Shown: positions 1 through 8,268 of the stretch, piece by piece
How the letters are laid out: each line of letters starts with the position of its first letter
Position numbering within the stretch: position 1 is the stretch's first letter
IMG/VR virus record: IMGVR_UViG_3300009656_000002
Length of the DNA stretch: 51,248 nucleotides
Source: a virus
Reading direction: 5' to 3' (one strand)
The notes under the pieces: generated by a model
Told to the model about the DNA's origin: nothing
Database searches by the model: none
The model's input: only the letters and a program-made list of their open reading frames with translations
Translations under genes and position numbers: made by a program

Positions 1-123
1 AGTCGCGCTTCGTGCGGTGGACGGATGAGGAGAAGGCAGTCGTGCGCACGGCGACCTCGCGCGCCGATGCACAGCGCCTCTATCGCGATGCGTTCCCGGA
101 CTCGAAGCGCGGGCCCGGTGCCG
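1..123. repeat. Terminal direct repeat, left copy (circular-assembly overlap)
   Basis: Bases 1-123 are identical to 51126-51248; an ORF reads straight through the junction. Confidence 0.95.
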
Positions 124-157
124 CCGCGAGAATGTGGTACACGCTACGGGGGACGAC

Positions 158-523
158 ATGATAGATACGAGCTGGTCCGAGGTGCGCGGCGCGATGGTCG
201 CCGACTGGCACGCCGGGTTCAAGCTCGGCGAGATCGCGGCGCGGGTGGGGTGGAGTCCCACCGTCGTCTCTCGTGTGCTGCGGGAGCACGGCATCAACCC
301 GCGCGGACGGCCGAGAGCGCATGGAAAAGCGCCCAGGTGGTCCGACGCCGAGCTCGTGGCGGTGGTGTTCGCACGGGACCAGGGCGACGCCCGGCAACGG
401 TACCGGGCGCGGTTCCCCGAGTCGGGGCGAACCGACGACGCGATAAACCGACGGTACCACGTGGCGAAGCGGCAGGGCGAGGCGTCACCGGCGCTGCGGC
501 AGTTGCGGGAGGGCGCGGCGTGA
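158..523 (+). CDS. HTH + Myb/SANT-like repeat DNA-binding protein (paralog family)
   Basis: LGEIAARVGWSPTVVSRVLREHG HTH, then WSDAE...YRARFPESGRTDDAI; ATGA overlap with upstream gene. Confidence 0.7.
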   Translation: MIDTSWSEVRGAMVADWHAGFKLGEIAARVGWSPTVVSRVLREHGINPRGRPRAHGKAPRWSDAELVAVVFARDQGDARQRYRARFPESGRTDDAINRRYHVAKRQGEASPALRQLREGAA

Positions 524-789
524 CCTGCCCCTTTTACGTCGCCAGTCGGCACCCGTGTGCCCTCGGCGAACCGGACGGCCGGCACTGCGGGCCGAAGCAG
601 TACCCGGTCTCGCCCTGCAACCTGGACGAGATCGGGCGCGGGGATGCGTGGCGGTCGATCTCTGGGTGGATAACGGCGCCCTTCGTAACGGTTGACCCTG
701 AGGGCGATCTGCCGTGGGTTCGGTACGGCGTCCTTTCCGAGATGCCGGCTCCGCCCGAATTGTTCGCCGCCGTCGGGTGGTCGCCGTGA
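520..789 (+). CDS. Small Cys-rich hypothetical protein
   Basis: GTG start coupled by GTGA overlap; CPFY..HPC...HC...PC. Confidence 0.5.
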   Translation: MTCPFYVASRHPCALGEPDGRHCGPKQYPVSPCNLDEIGRGDAWRSISGWITAPFVTVDPEGDLPWVRYGVLSEMPAPPELFAAVGWSP

Positions 790-1220
790 CCGTCCGCATA
801 ACGGCGGAGCAAGCCGCCGGGCTCGGGCTCGACGTGACCGTGCCGAAGGAGGCGAAGTACCACAACCGGCCCAAATGGGTGGACGGGATCCGGTTCGCGA
901 GCACGGAGGAAGCGGACTTCTATAGCTACCTCAAGATCCTCAAGAAGGCCGGGGAGGTCACCGACTTCGTCGTCCAACCGCCATTTCCACTTCGGCCGGC
1001 CTTCGAGAAGCACGGGATCAAGTTCCGCGCGGAGGTCTATTTCGCCGACTTCACCGTCAACTATGCCGACGGCCGGCGGCGCGTCTACGACGTGAAGGGC
1101 GAGAAGGGGTCACAGACGCCCCTTTTCCGGTCGAAACGGGCGAATTACACCTATCTGTACGAGGAGCCCCTGTACATCGTCACCCGGGACGGGAGAGGTT
1201 GGAAGGAGTCGCTCGAATGA
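786..1220 (+). CDS. DUF1064-like PD-(D/E)xK endonuclease
   Basis: KYHNRPKWVDGIRFASTEEADFY, QPPFPL, YFADF.V.Y.DG...VYDVKG motifs. Confidence 0.8.
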   Translation: MTVRITAEQAAGLGLDVTVPKEAKYHNRPKWVDGIRFASTEEADFYSYLKILKKAGEVTDFVVQPPFPLRPAFEKHGIKFRAEVYFADFTVNYADGRRRVYDVKGEKGSQTPLFRSKRANYTYLYEEPLYIVTRDGRGWKESLE

Positions 1221-1300
1221 CGACCTCCAGAATTATCACCGGGGACGCCTGCATTGGCTCCAGTGGAAGCGAAGGGGTCGATGAGACACGAAAGCGGTGA
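1217..1300 (+). pseudogene. Remnant of DNA methyltransferase N-terminus
   Basis: MTTSRIITGDAC matches the start of the intact MTase at 15671 (VTARIICGDAL), then ends after 27 codons. Confidence 0.5.
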
Positions 1301-1351
1301 CAGAAAATGCAATTAGAAAGTTTTATCCATTCTCTGGTGAAAGGGATTGTT

Positions 1352-1516
1352 ATGGGAAACTATCGGCGGACGGCGTCGGGCGAAGTGGTCGTACAGGTGA
1401 CCACGCTGATCCCCGTCGCGGTCGCGGAGAAGCTCGATGAGCACCTCGTGAAGAAGTCGGCCCTGGCCCGAAACCTCTTGATCGAGCACGTCAGGAAGAC
1501 CTACGGGGTGGCCTGA
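1352..1516 (+). CDS. Ribbon-helix-helix (CopG-like) regulator
   Basis: Beta strand VQVTTLIP, helix VAEKLDEHL, helix KSALARNLLIEHV; AT-rich TATA-like tract at about 1317-1328. Confidence 0.6.
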   Translation: MGNYRRTASGEVVVQVTTLIPVAVAEKLDEHLVKKSALARNLLIEHVRKTYGVA

Positions 1517-1573
1517 AAATGGGGGCGATCGTGGTGCGATCTCCGGACTCGCACGTCCACCATGCCCGGTGGA

Positions 1574-1887
1574 AATGCGTACTGTCTGAACTTCTCTCCC
1601 AGAAATGGGGAGCGTCTCACGAGAAAACGGTTCGCACCGGACAGAACAACAGTACGCAATGCGTACTGTTTGATCTTTTTTCCCACGGGACGAGACCCCG
1701 GGCCGTCGAGGGGGCCGTTCGGCCTCCTCTGACCTCCATTTCCGGGGGCTTGTTGTATAGATTGCTTTTCAATCTATATATACTCTCTCTAAGAAAAATA
1801 ACGGCGCTCCGGCCTCTGGTGTCTCCGGAAAAAAAGAGAAGTTCAAACAGTACGCATTGCGTACTGTTGTTCGGGGGCGTCCGAACA
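1574..1887. promoter_or_regulatory. Symmetric palindrome cluster, candidate replication origin or operator array
   Basis: 23-bp palindromes at 1648-1670 and 1846-1868 lie within 30-bp inverted repeats (1644-1673 / 1843-1872); partial third copy 1574-1597; central AT-rich palindrome TATAGATTG-N5-CAATCTATA at 1756-1778. Confidence 0.7.
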
Positions 1888-2426
1888 TGAAACCCCGCCA
1901 CACAACCGTAAATCTCGACGACGAGAAGGTCGCACGGGCCCGCGAGATCGGGGGGTACGGGATCCTCACAACGATATGCACCATTGCCCTCGACGACTTC
2001 CTGGCGACGTGCCCGATCTCGGGGCTCTCGGACGAGGCCCGGATCGAGATCGAAGAGATCCGGCTCAAGATCAACCGGGAGCGAACCAGGAAGCGGATCA
2101 TGGCCGCGTGTATGAAGGAGGTCGCCGGCGGGCACATGGGAGTCGTGGCGAAGTTCGGCCTCCGCCGGAAGCTCCTCCAGGAGATCACCCAGGCCGCGCG
2201 GGAGTGGTGGTACGAGAAGTTCCAGGTGCTCCCCTCGGACCCGGAGATCCACGCGGCGATCAAGGAGTATTACGTTGACAATCAGCCCGACCTCGACGTC
2301 CTCCGGGGCGAACAAGTACAGAGGACCATGGAGGACTACGTGGCAACACACCTGGAGATGAAGACCGCGCCGGTGACAGTCATGGGCCGCGACATCGGCG
2401 GGGCCCGGGAGGACTGCGAGGTATGA
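1887..2426 (+). CDS. Protein with N-terminal RHH-like domain, possible origin-binding/initiator
   Basis: RHTTVNLDDEKVARARE...TICTIALDDFL; immediately downstream of the palindrome cluster. Confidence 0.45.
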   Translation: MKPRHTTVNLDDEKVARAREIGGYGILTTICTIALDDFLATCPISGLSDEARIEIEEIRLKINRERTRKRIMAACMKEVAGGHMGVVAKFGLRRKLLQEITQAAREWWYEKFQVLPSDPEIHAAIKEYYVDNQPDLDVLRGEQVQRTMEDYVATHLEMKTAPVTVMGRDIGGAREDCEV

Positions 2427-2776
2427 CGGCCGACACCGACGCCCGCGACGAGGGATCCCAGGCCCTCGACGCCCTCTTCCTGGCCGTCTCGACGGAGCGC
2501 GACGTCCCGTCCCTCTGCGAATATCCGGCCGCCACGGTGGCCGCCGCGAAGGCCGCGATCGCGACATTGACCGCCGAGGTCCGGGCGACCCGTGACCCGG
2601 CCGCCCGGGACACCATCGACGCGATCACCGAGCACCTCGCCGACCTGGCCCGGTTCCGGGAGGAGAAGATCCTTCACCTCCGGGACGCCCCGGCGCCTCT
2701 CACGGCCTCGCCGGCAGAACGGATCGCCCACGCCGAGATCGCGGCCACGATCGCCAGGCTCCGGGGGACCGCGTGA
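2423..2776 (+). CDS. GINS15/Gins51 A-domain-like protein
   Basis: ER..PSLCEYP...helical...LARFREEKILHL...T.SPAE pattern resembles the archaeal GINS A-domain; no B-domain. Confidence 0.45.
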   Translation: MTADTDARDEGSQALDALFLAVSTERDVPSLCEYPAATVAAAKAAIATLTAEVRATRDPAARDTIDAITEHLADLARFREEKILHLRDAPAPLTASPAERIAHAEIAATIARLRGTA

Positions 2777-2846
2777 ACCAGACTCAGTGACGGGCCGAAG
2801 CCTTCGCGGCGACCATCCGCGCGACTCTCGAAGAGGACTATCCAGC

Positions 2847-3185
2847 ATGACCGACACCGAACCGATCGCGCTGACGGAGCGCGAGATGGACTATTTGACC
2901 GAAGACCGGCTCGACACCGAGCACGTCACGGGCGAGTTCGACCTGGAGATAGAGGAGACGATCGTCGGCAAGGCCCGGTATCCGCGGACCATCAAGGCCG
3001 CATGTAACCCGGCCCTCCGCGTCACCTGTTGCGAGTTCACTCCAAACAACGACTACCGGGTCAACGACGGGGCCGGCGAGTTCGTCCCGACCCATGCGTT
3101 CATCATCCAGGATCTCGGGGCGGGTACGGTCAATATCCAGTTCGGGACGGTTAACGCCGTGAACACACCGGAGGCCGAACCGTGA
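2847..3185 (+). CDS. Hypothetical protein
   Basis: Acidic, beta-rich ORF with typical codon usage. Confidence 0.6.
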   Translation: MTDTEPIALTEREMDYLTEDRLDTEHVTGEFDLEIEETIVGKARYPRTIKAACNPALRVTCCEFTPNNDYRVNDGAGEFVPTHAFIIQDLGAGTVNIQFGTVNAVNTPEAEP

Positions 3186-3306
3186 GCCCGTTCTGGCGGT
3201 ATGCCCTCCTGGCCCTTCTCGCGGTCGTCCTCCTCCGTGCCATGGGGGCCGCGCCGTCGCTCGCCCACGGGCGCGTCCCCGTCTCAGCCCCCGCGGGGGT
3301 GTCACC

Positions 3307-3768
3307 GTGAGCCGCCCGTCGGAAGGCCAATGGGCGTGCGCTCTCGCCCGGGAGACCGCGAAGCGCTCGACCTGCCTCCGCCGGCACGTCGGGGCCGTCC
3401 TCCTCGACCGGCTCGGCCATGTGATCGCGACCGGGTATAACGGGGCGCCCGTGAACGAAGACCACTGTACCACATGCCTCCGCGAAGAGCTCGGCGTGCC
3501 CCAGGGGACGATGTATGAGATCTGCCGGAGCGTGCACGCCGAAGCCAACGCCGTGATCCAGGCGCGCCCGTTGGCGAGCGACGGCACCCTCTACCTCGCG
3601 ACCATCGACCCGAAGACCGGGGAGGTCGTCGAAAACTGGCCGTGCTCCATGTGCGCCCGGCTCCTGGTGAACGCCGGTGTCCGGGAGGTCTCCATGCTCC
3701 GGCCCGACGGGTCGATCGCAACCGACACCCCGCATACCTTCCTCGGAGTCGTCCGGAGGGGAGAATGA
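3307..3768 (+). CDS. dCMP deaminase (ComEB/CDA-like zinc deaminase)
   Basis: STCLRRHVGAV, TGYNG, VHAEANA and WPCSMC motifs. Confidence 0.9.
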   Translation: MSRPSEGQWACALARETAKRSTCLRRHVGAVLLDRLGHVIATGYNGAPVNEDHCTTCLREELGVPQGTMYEICRSVHAEANAVIQARPLASDGTLYLATIDPKTGEVVENWPCSMCARLLVNAGVREVSMLRPDGSIATDTPHTFLGVVRRGE

Positions 3769-3838
3769 GCGACCTCCTCAAGGTCCAGGGGCTCGGGCGC
3801 GGGGACTATCTCGTCCACGTCCCGGCAGGAGTCCGGCC

Positions 3839-4102
3839 ATGACCGAACCCATAACCTACCCGGGAGAGGCCGGGTTTATCCCGCCGCCGGCACCCGAGGG
3901 CGCCGAGCGCTTCACGAAGGCAATCGCCGATGTTATCGCCTATGAAAAACTCCCCCCGACGACCCGGTCCTGGGTCAAGAGCGTCGACGGCGACGTGGCG
4001 ATGGTCTGGATCCTCTGGCCCGTGAGCGAGACCCCGGCCCCCCTCCGCTTCCGGATCGAAATGCTCGGGGACGAGAACCTCCGGTGGCAATGGATACCAT
4101 GA
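3839..4102 (+). CDS. Hypothetical protein
   Basis: ATGA-coupled ORF in operon. Confidence 0.5.
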   Translation: MTEPITYPGEAGFIPPPAPEGAERFTKAIADVIAYEKLPPTTRSWVKSVDGDVAMVWILWPVSETPAPLRFRIEMLGDENLRWQWIP

Positions 4103-4263
4103 CCGACACCACGCCCTGCGGAATCGTCACGGACGGGCACGACGTTTGCCTCGCGTGTGCCTCCACGACCTGCCCCAGGGCCCACCACGACGGCCGGACG
4201 TGCTCGGGAGGGTGTACGCCGTGCCGATGCGGGAGGGGGGCGAAAGCATCACAATGCATATAA
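4099..4263 (+). CDS. Small Cys-rich protein (paralog of 45925-46077)
   Basis: TPCGIV..DVCLACA..CP..H..RTCSGGC..C.CG; 54 aa, below the ORF-track cutoff. Confidence 0.6.
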   Translation: MTDTTPCGIVTDGHDVCLACASTTCPRAHHDGRTCSGGCTPCRCGRGAKASQCI

Positions 4264-4302
4264 TGCTGCGTACAATAATGCACCATATAGGAATGCACCA
4301 CT
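4253..4302 (+). repeat. AATGC(A) direct repeats upstream of terS
   Basis: AATGC at 4253, 4262, 4277 and 4292; AATGCACCA twice, 15 bp apart; AT-rich. Confidence 0.6.
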
Positions 4303-4866
4303 ATGGCGGGACGCGGAAAAGGCAACGAAGCACAGAAACGTGCGGAGATAGCCGGCCGGAGAGCAATCGTGGCCGAAGAGTACCGCAAGAAGAAAACCAC
4401 CCGGCAGATCGCCGAAATGCTCGGGTGCGACCACACCACGGTCGTCCGGGACGTCAAAGCCATTATCGCGGAACGCCGGAAGCACGCCCAGATCGATATA
4501 GAGGACGCGCTCGCCAACGAGATCGCCGGCCAGAACGCCTCGGAGGCGAACCTTCTGGCGATCGCCGAAGACGAGGAGCAAACCCCCGCGACCCGGATCG
4601 CCGCGGAGGCCGCTCTCGTCCGGGTCCGGGGCGAACGCGCGAAGCTCCAGGGCCTCTATGCCGCGCAACGGGTCGAATTGACCGGGAAGGACGGCGGGAC
4701 CATTGACGTCCGAAACTATCACGCCGAGCTCGCTTCGGTCCTCGATAAGGTCTTTACCGCCGGAGCTCCGCCGGCCGTTCATGGAGAGCCTGAGCCCTCA
4801 GGCGGCGAAGAGGCTGGCGACGGATTGGGAGATCCTCTTAGCGAGGGACAACCAGCTCCCACCTGA
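4303..4866 (+). CDS. terS: Terminase small subunit
   Basis: HTH QIAEMLGCDHTTVVRDV; C-terminal RVELTGKDGG motif; directly upstream of and overlapping terL. Confidence 0.8.
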   Translation: MAGRGKGNEAQKRAEIAGRRAIVAEEYRKKKTTRQIAEMLGCDHTTVVRDVKAIIAERRKHAQIDIEDALANEIAGQNASEANLLAIAEDEEQTPATRIAAEAALVRVRGERAKLQGLYAAQRVELTGKDGGTIDVRNYHAELASVLDKVFTAGAPPAVHGEPEPSGGEEAGDGLGDPLSEGQPAPT

Positions 4867-6484
4867 AGGCGACTGGACCAAGTGGCTTTTACTTTCTGGG
4901 AGAGGAAGCGGGAAGGCCCTCGCGCTCGACACGCCCCTCCCGACTCCCGGCGGATGGACGACCATGGGGGAGGTCCGGCCCGGGGCCCGCCTCTTCGACG
5001 AGACCGGCGCCCCGTGCACCGTTACGGCCGTGCACGAGGTCCAATTCGGCCGGCCGTGCTACCGGGTGGTCTTCGATGACGGATCGGCCATAGTCGCCGA
5101 CGCGGGGCACCTCTGGCGCACAACGGCGCGCGCCACGGGCCCGGCCACGGTCACGACCGATGAGATCCGCGCCACCCTCACCCACGGGCCCCGCGGCGAC
5201 TTCAACCACTCCATAGACGGCCCGGGAGACCTCTGCCGCGCGATCGTCGCCGTCGAGCCCGTCGCGTCCGTCCCCGTGCGCTGTATCGTGGTGGACTCGC
5301 CCTCGCACCTCTTCCTCGCCGGCCGCTTCATGGTCCCGACCCATAACAGCCGCGCGGGGGCCGAGTGGGTGATCAAGACGGCCCGCAATAACCCCGGGTG
5401 CCGGATCGCCATGGTCGCCAGGACCGCGGCCGACGTGCGCGACGTCATGATCGAAGGCGACTCGGGGATCATGAACATCAGCCCCGCCGACTTCACGCCC
5501 CGCTACCGGCCGAGCATCCGCCGGCTGGAGTGGCCGAACGGGAGCCAGGCCACCCTCTTCAGCGCCGAGGAGCCCGACGCGCTCCGGGGCCCCCAGCATC
5601 ATTTCGGGTGGTTGGACGAGATCGCGGCGTGGTCCCACCCCGAGGCTTTTGAAATGTTCCTCTTCGGCCTCCGGCTCGGCACTCACCCCCGGGTCGTGAT
5701 CACAACGACCCCGCGGCCGACGAAGATCATCAAGGATCTCATCGCCGACCCCACCTGTGTCACCGTCCGGGGCTCGACCTACGAGAACCGGGCCAACCTC
5801 GCGCCCGCCTACTTCTCCCAGATCATCCGGAAATACGAGGGGACACGCCTGGGGCGCCAGGAGATCAACGGCGAGATATTGGACGACAACCCCGGGGCCC
5901 TCTGGACCCGGGCCATCATCGACGCCAACCGGGTATCGGCCCTCCCCGAGCTCGTCCGGATCGTCGTCGGCGTCGACCCCGAAGCGTCCAGCGGAGAGGA
6001 GTCCGCCGAGACCGGGATCCTCGTCGTGGGACTCGGTGCCGACGGCCACGGGTACGTCCTCGACGACGTGACGATCCGCGGGACGCCCGGGGAGTGGGGC
6101 GCGCAAGCCGTGAGCGCCTATTCCCGGTGGGAGGCGAACAAGGTCGTGGGCGAGGTCAACAACGGCGGCGAGATGGTTGGGTATGTGGTCGGGACGTGCG
6201 CGAACGCGGCCAACGTCTTTGTACCGTACCGGGCCGTCCGGGCGTCCCATAGCAAAGAAGCCCGCGCCGACCCCGTGAGCGCCCTGTATGCTCAAGGGCT
6301 CGTCCATCACGTCGGCGTCTTCGCCGAGCTCGAAGATCAAATGACAGAGTGGGTACCGGGCCAGGGTATGCGGTCGCCGGATCGTGTCGACGCCCTGGTG
6401 TGGGCCATAACGGACCTGATGCTCGACATTGAATACGAGGCCACGGTCTATGACGAGGTGCCCGCTCCATTGACCTCCTGGTAA
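4703..6484 (+). CDS. terL: Terminase large subunit (Terminase_6 type) with intein
   Basis: Walker A GRGSGK/S, LRGPQ, Walker B WLDE, nuclease VGVDP and DRVDALVW. Confidence 0.95.
   Translation: MTSETITPSSLRSSIRSLPPELRRPFMESLSPQAAKRLATDWEILLARDNQLPPEGDWTKWLLLSGRGSGKALALDTPLPTPGGWTTMGEVRPGARLFDETGAPCTVTAVHEVQFGRPCYRVVFDDGSAIVADAGHLWRTTARATGPATVTTDEIRATLTHGPRGDFNHSIDGPGDLCRAIVAVEPVASVPVRCIVVDSPSHLFLAGRFMVPTHNSRAGAEWVIKTARNNPGCRIAMVARTAADVRDVMIEGDSGIMNISPADFTPRYRPSIRRLEWPNGSQATLFSAEEPDALRGPQHHFGWLDEIAAWSHPEAFEMFLFGLRLGTHPRVVITTTPRPTKIIKDLIADPTCVTVRGSTYENRANLAPAYFSQIIRKYEGTRLGRQEINGEILDDNPGALWTRAIIDANRVSALPELVRIVVGVDPEASSGEESAETGILVVGLGADGHGYVLDDVTIRGTPGEWGAQAVSAYSRWEANKVVGEVNNGGEMVGYVVGTCANAANVFVPYRAVRASHSKEARADPVSALYAQGLVHHVGVFAELEDQMTEWVPGQGMRSPDRVDALVWAITDLMLDIEYEATVYDEVPAPLTSW
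4916..5347 (+). mobile_element. Class-3 mini-intein (144 aa, no homing endonuclease) in the TerL Walker A motif
   Basis: Starts Ala (ALALDTPLPTP); block B HLW, block F VRC, block G PTHN followed by Ser +1; removal restores GRGSGKS. Confidence 0.9.
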
Positions 6485-6541
6485 AGCAAAACTCTTATCT
6501 CCCGCGCGACTGAGCATTTACCAAATCAGCGGAGGGTGTAG

Positions 6542-6922
6542 ATGGGAGGTAACGGAGCATCGAGCAAGGGGGCCGGGGGCGGGGCAACCGTCCCCGTGAC
6601 ATCGAAGCGGTTTTACACGATGCCGGCGCGCGACATGCCGGCCGAGACTGCGACCGTTGCCGGGCGCAAGCTCGCCGCACAAAACGGGTTCGTTGATTAC
6701 AACTACCGCGGGATCATCCTGCGGCGAAAGACGGACGGGAGCTACATCGCTCCGCTCTATTACGACCAGCTCAAGTGGCTGAGTCGGTACGGCTACCCCA
6801 AGAAGGGCGGGGGGCCGGCGACCGTGAAGGCGATGGAATCAACGATCGATAAGGCCCTGGCGAACGCCGAGAAGGCCCTGAAGAAGGCGGCGGACGCCCG
6901 GAAGAGGAAGAAGGCGACGTAG
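6542..6922 (+). CDS. Basic protein with MGGNGASSKGAG leader
   Basis: Leader shared at DNA level with 9017; Lys/Arg-rich C-terminus; abuts DUF4417. Confidence 0.75.
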   Translation: MGGNGASSKGAGGGATVPVTSKRFYTMPARDMPAETATVAGRKLAAQNGFVDYNYRGIILRRKTDGSYIAPLYYDQLKWLSRYGYPKKGGGPATVKAMESTIDKALANAEKALKKAADARKRKKAT

Positions 6923-7690
6923 ATGGGCGCCGGCTATGCCATGCGGAACTGCGTGAAGCCGTGCGGGTCGCTCGACACCCAGAACACCCGGCTTTTGGAC
7001 TTCGTCGACGTCACGAACGACTCGGAAATGCCGATCATCCACGACACCCTCCTGAGTCCGCCGGCCGAGATCATGATCTGGGAGGGCCGGCCCCGGCTCT
7101 ATGCGGGGAAGTTCGTCCACCTCTACACGGAGGATTATCGATTTGAACAACTCTGGCGCCGGCCGGAGTTTTATTTACCCAAGATCCAGGCGTTCGCCGG
7201 GATATTCTCGCCCGACTTCTCCCTCTTCCGCGACTGGAATATCCACGTCCAGCGGAATAACGTCTACCGTTCGCGCCTCCTCGGCGCCTACTGGCAAGCG
7301 AACGGGATCCCCGTGATCCCGATCGTCTCGTGGGCCGGGCCCAAGACGTATTCGTTCTGTTTCGACGGGATCCCCGAGGGGTCCATGGTCGCGGTCTCGA
7401 CCGTCGGCGTCCACCGCGAGCGCGAGGCGCGGGCGATGTTCAAGGCGGGGCTCAAGGAGATGCTCGACCGGATCCACCCGCGGGCCGTCATATGCTACGG
7501 GAGAATCGAGAAGCTCCTCGGGGAGGTGCCGGAGCACTTCTACCCCTACAAGCCCGACCTCGTCGCGAAGGTCTCGCCCCTCTACGAATATGTCCGGAAG
7601 GACGCCCGGCTCATCCCCCAGGACGGGCCCCTCGTGCACCTGGAGACGCCGGACGGGCCCCGGCGGGAGCTCGTGGAGGCGCTCGCGTGA
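6923..7690 (+). CDS. DUF4417 domain protein
   Basis: HLYTEDYRFE, SPDFS, YRSRLLGAYWQ.NGIPVIP.VSW, FCFDG and VAVSTVG motifs. Confidence 0.85.
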   Translation: MGAGYAMRNCVKPCGSLDTQNTRLLDFVDVTNDSEMPIIHDTLLSPPAEIMIWEGRPRLYAGKFVHLYTEDYRFEQLWRRPEFYLPKIQAFAGIFSPDFSLFRDWNIHVQRNNVYRSRLLGAYWQANGIPVIPIVSWAGPKTYSFCFDGIPEGSMVAVSTVGVHREREARAMFKAGLKEMLDRIHPRAVICYGRIEKLLGEVPEHFYPYKPDLVAKVSPLYEYVRKDARLIPQDGPLVHLETPDGPRRELVEALA

Positions 7691-7869
7691 GCCGGCCCCG
7701 TGAGGCCGTGGTGGAGCCCCTGGGGCGCCTCGTGCTCCGGCCCGATAAGAAGGCCAACGGGGCCGCGTGCGATATGTGCGACCGATGCTTCGAGAAGGTC
7801 AACGTGGTCCGGGTCGACGGCGACGCGGTCCTCATGTGCGACCTCTGCCTCTCGTTCGCGCTCTATTGA
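7687..7869 (+). CDS. Zinc-ribbon protein (paralog of 8701 and 10265)
   Basis: CDMC...VNVVRVDGDAVLMCDLC. Confidence 0.6.
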   Translation: MSRPREAVVEPLGRLVLRPDKKANGAACDMCDRCFEKVNVVRVDGDAVLMCDLCLSFALY

Positions 7870-7926
7870 AAACAAAATCAAAACCTTTTTCTCTCTGACT
7901 ACCATATGGTAGTCGGTGACAACTGA
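7870..7926 (+). promoter_or_regulatory. Promoter/operator with perfect 18-bp palindrome and GGTGA RBS
   Basis: A-rich and T-rich tracts, then GACTACCATATGGTAGTC at 7897-7914. Confidence 0.65.
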
Positions 7927-8268
7927 ATGACCATCACCGACAACCACGCCGCGCGGGTCGAGCTCGCGCGCGCCGCGGTCGAGGCCGCGGAGGCCCGGCT
8001 CGGCCGCCTGGAGGCCGTGCGCGAGCATGGGGCCCCCGACCCGACGATCGCGGCGGAGATCGAGCTCGCCGAGCGCGACCTGGCGGAGAAGCGCCGGGCC
8101 CTGGATGCAACCGAGGACGCGCTCTCGCGCGAGTGGTGCGGGACGTGCGCCGACTTCGCGCCCGAGCGCCTCCCGGGAAAGGAGACGAACCTCTATGTCG
8201 GGACGTGCCGGCACACGGGCGATCCGACCTCCTGGAGCCAGCGGTGCGGGTGCTGGAGGCGCGCCTGA
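7927..8268 (+). CDS. Coiled-coil protein with C-terminal Cys cluster
   Basis: Helical N-terminus; C..C...C.H...C..W C-terminus. Confidence 0.65.
   Translation: MTITDNHAARVELARAAVEAAEARLGRLEAVREHGAPDPTIAAEIELAERDLAEKRRALDATEDALSREWCGTCADFAPERLPGKETNLYVGTCRHTGDPTSWSQRCGCWRRA

Noticed and set aside
1-123. Biological terminal repeat of a linear genome
   Set aside because: The exact overlap lies inside a continuous ORF and is best explained as circular-assembly overlap
1644-1872. Invertible segment or protelomerase site
   Set aside because: No recombinase or protelomerase recognised; not excluded in trans
1574-1887. CRISPR mini-array
   Set aside because: The copies are inverted and irregularly spaced, with no repeat-spacer periodicity
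1519-1890. ORF across the palindrome cluster as a Rep gene
   Set aside because: Composition and repeats (NSTQCVLF) simply reflect the DNA dyads; no domain recognised
4916-5347. Homing endonuclease in the intein
   Set aside because: Only 144 aa, with no LAGLIDADG or HNH motif
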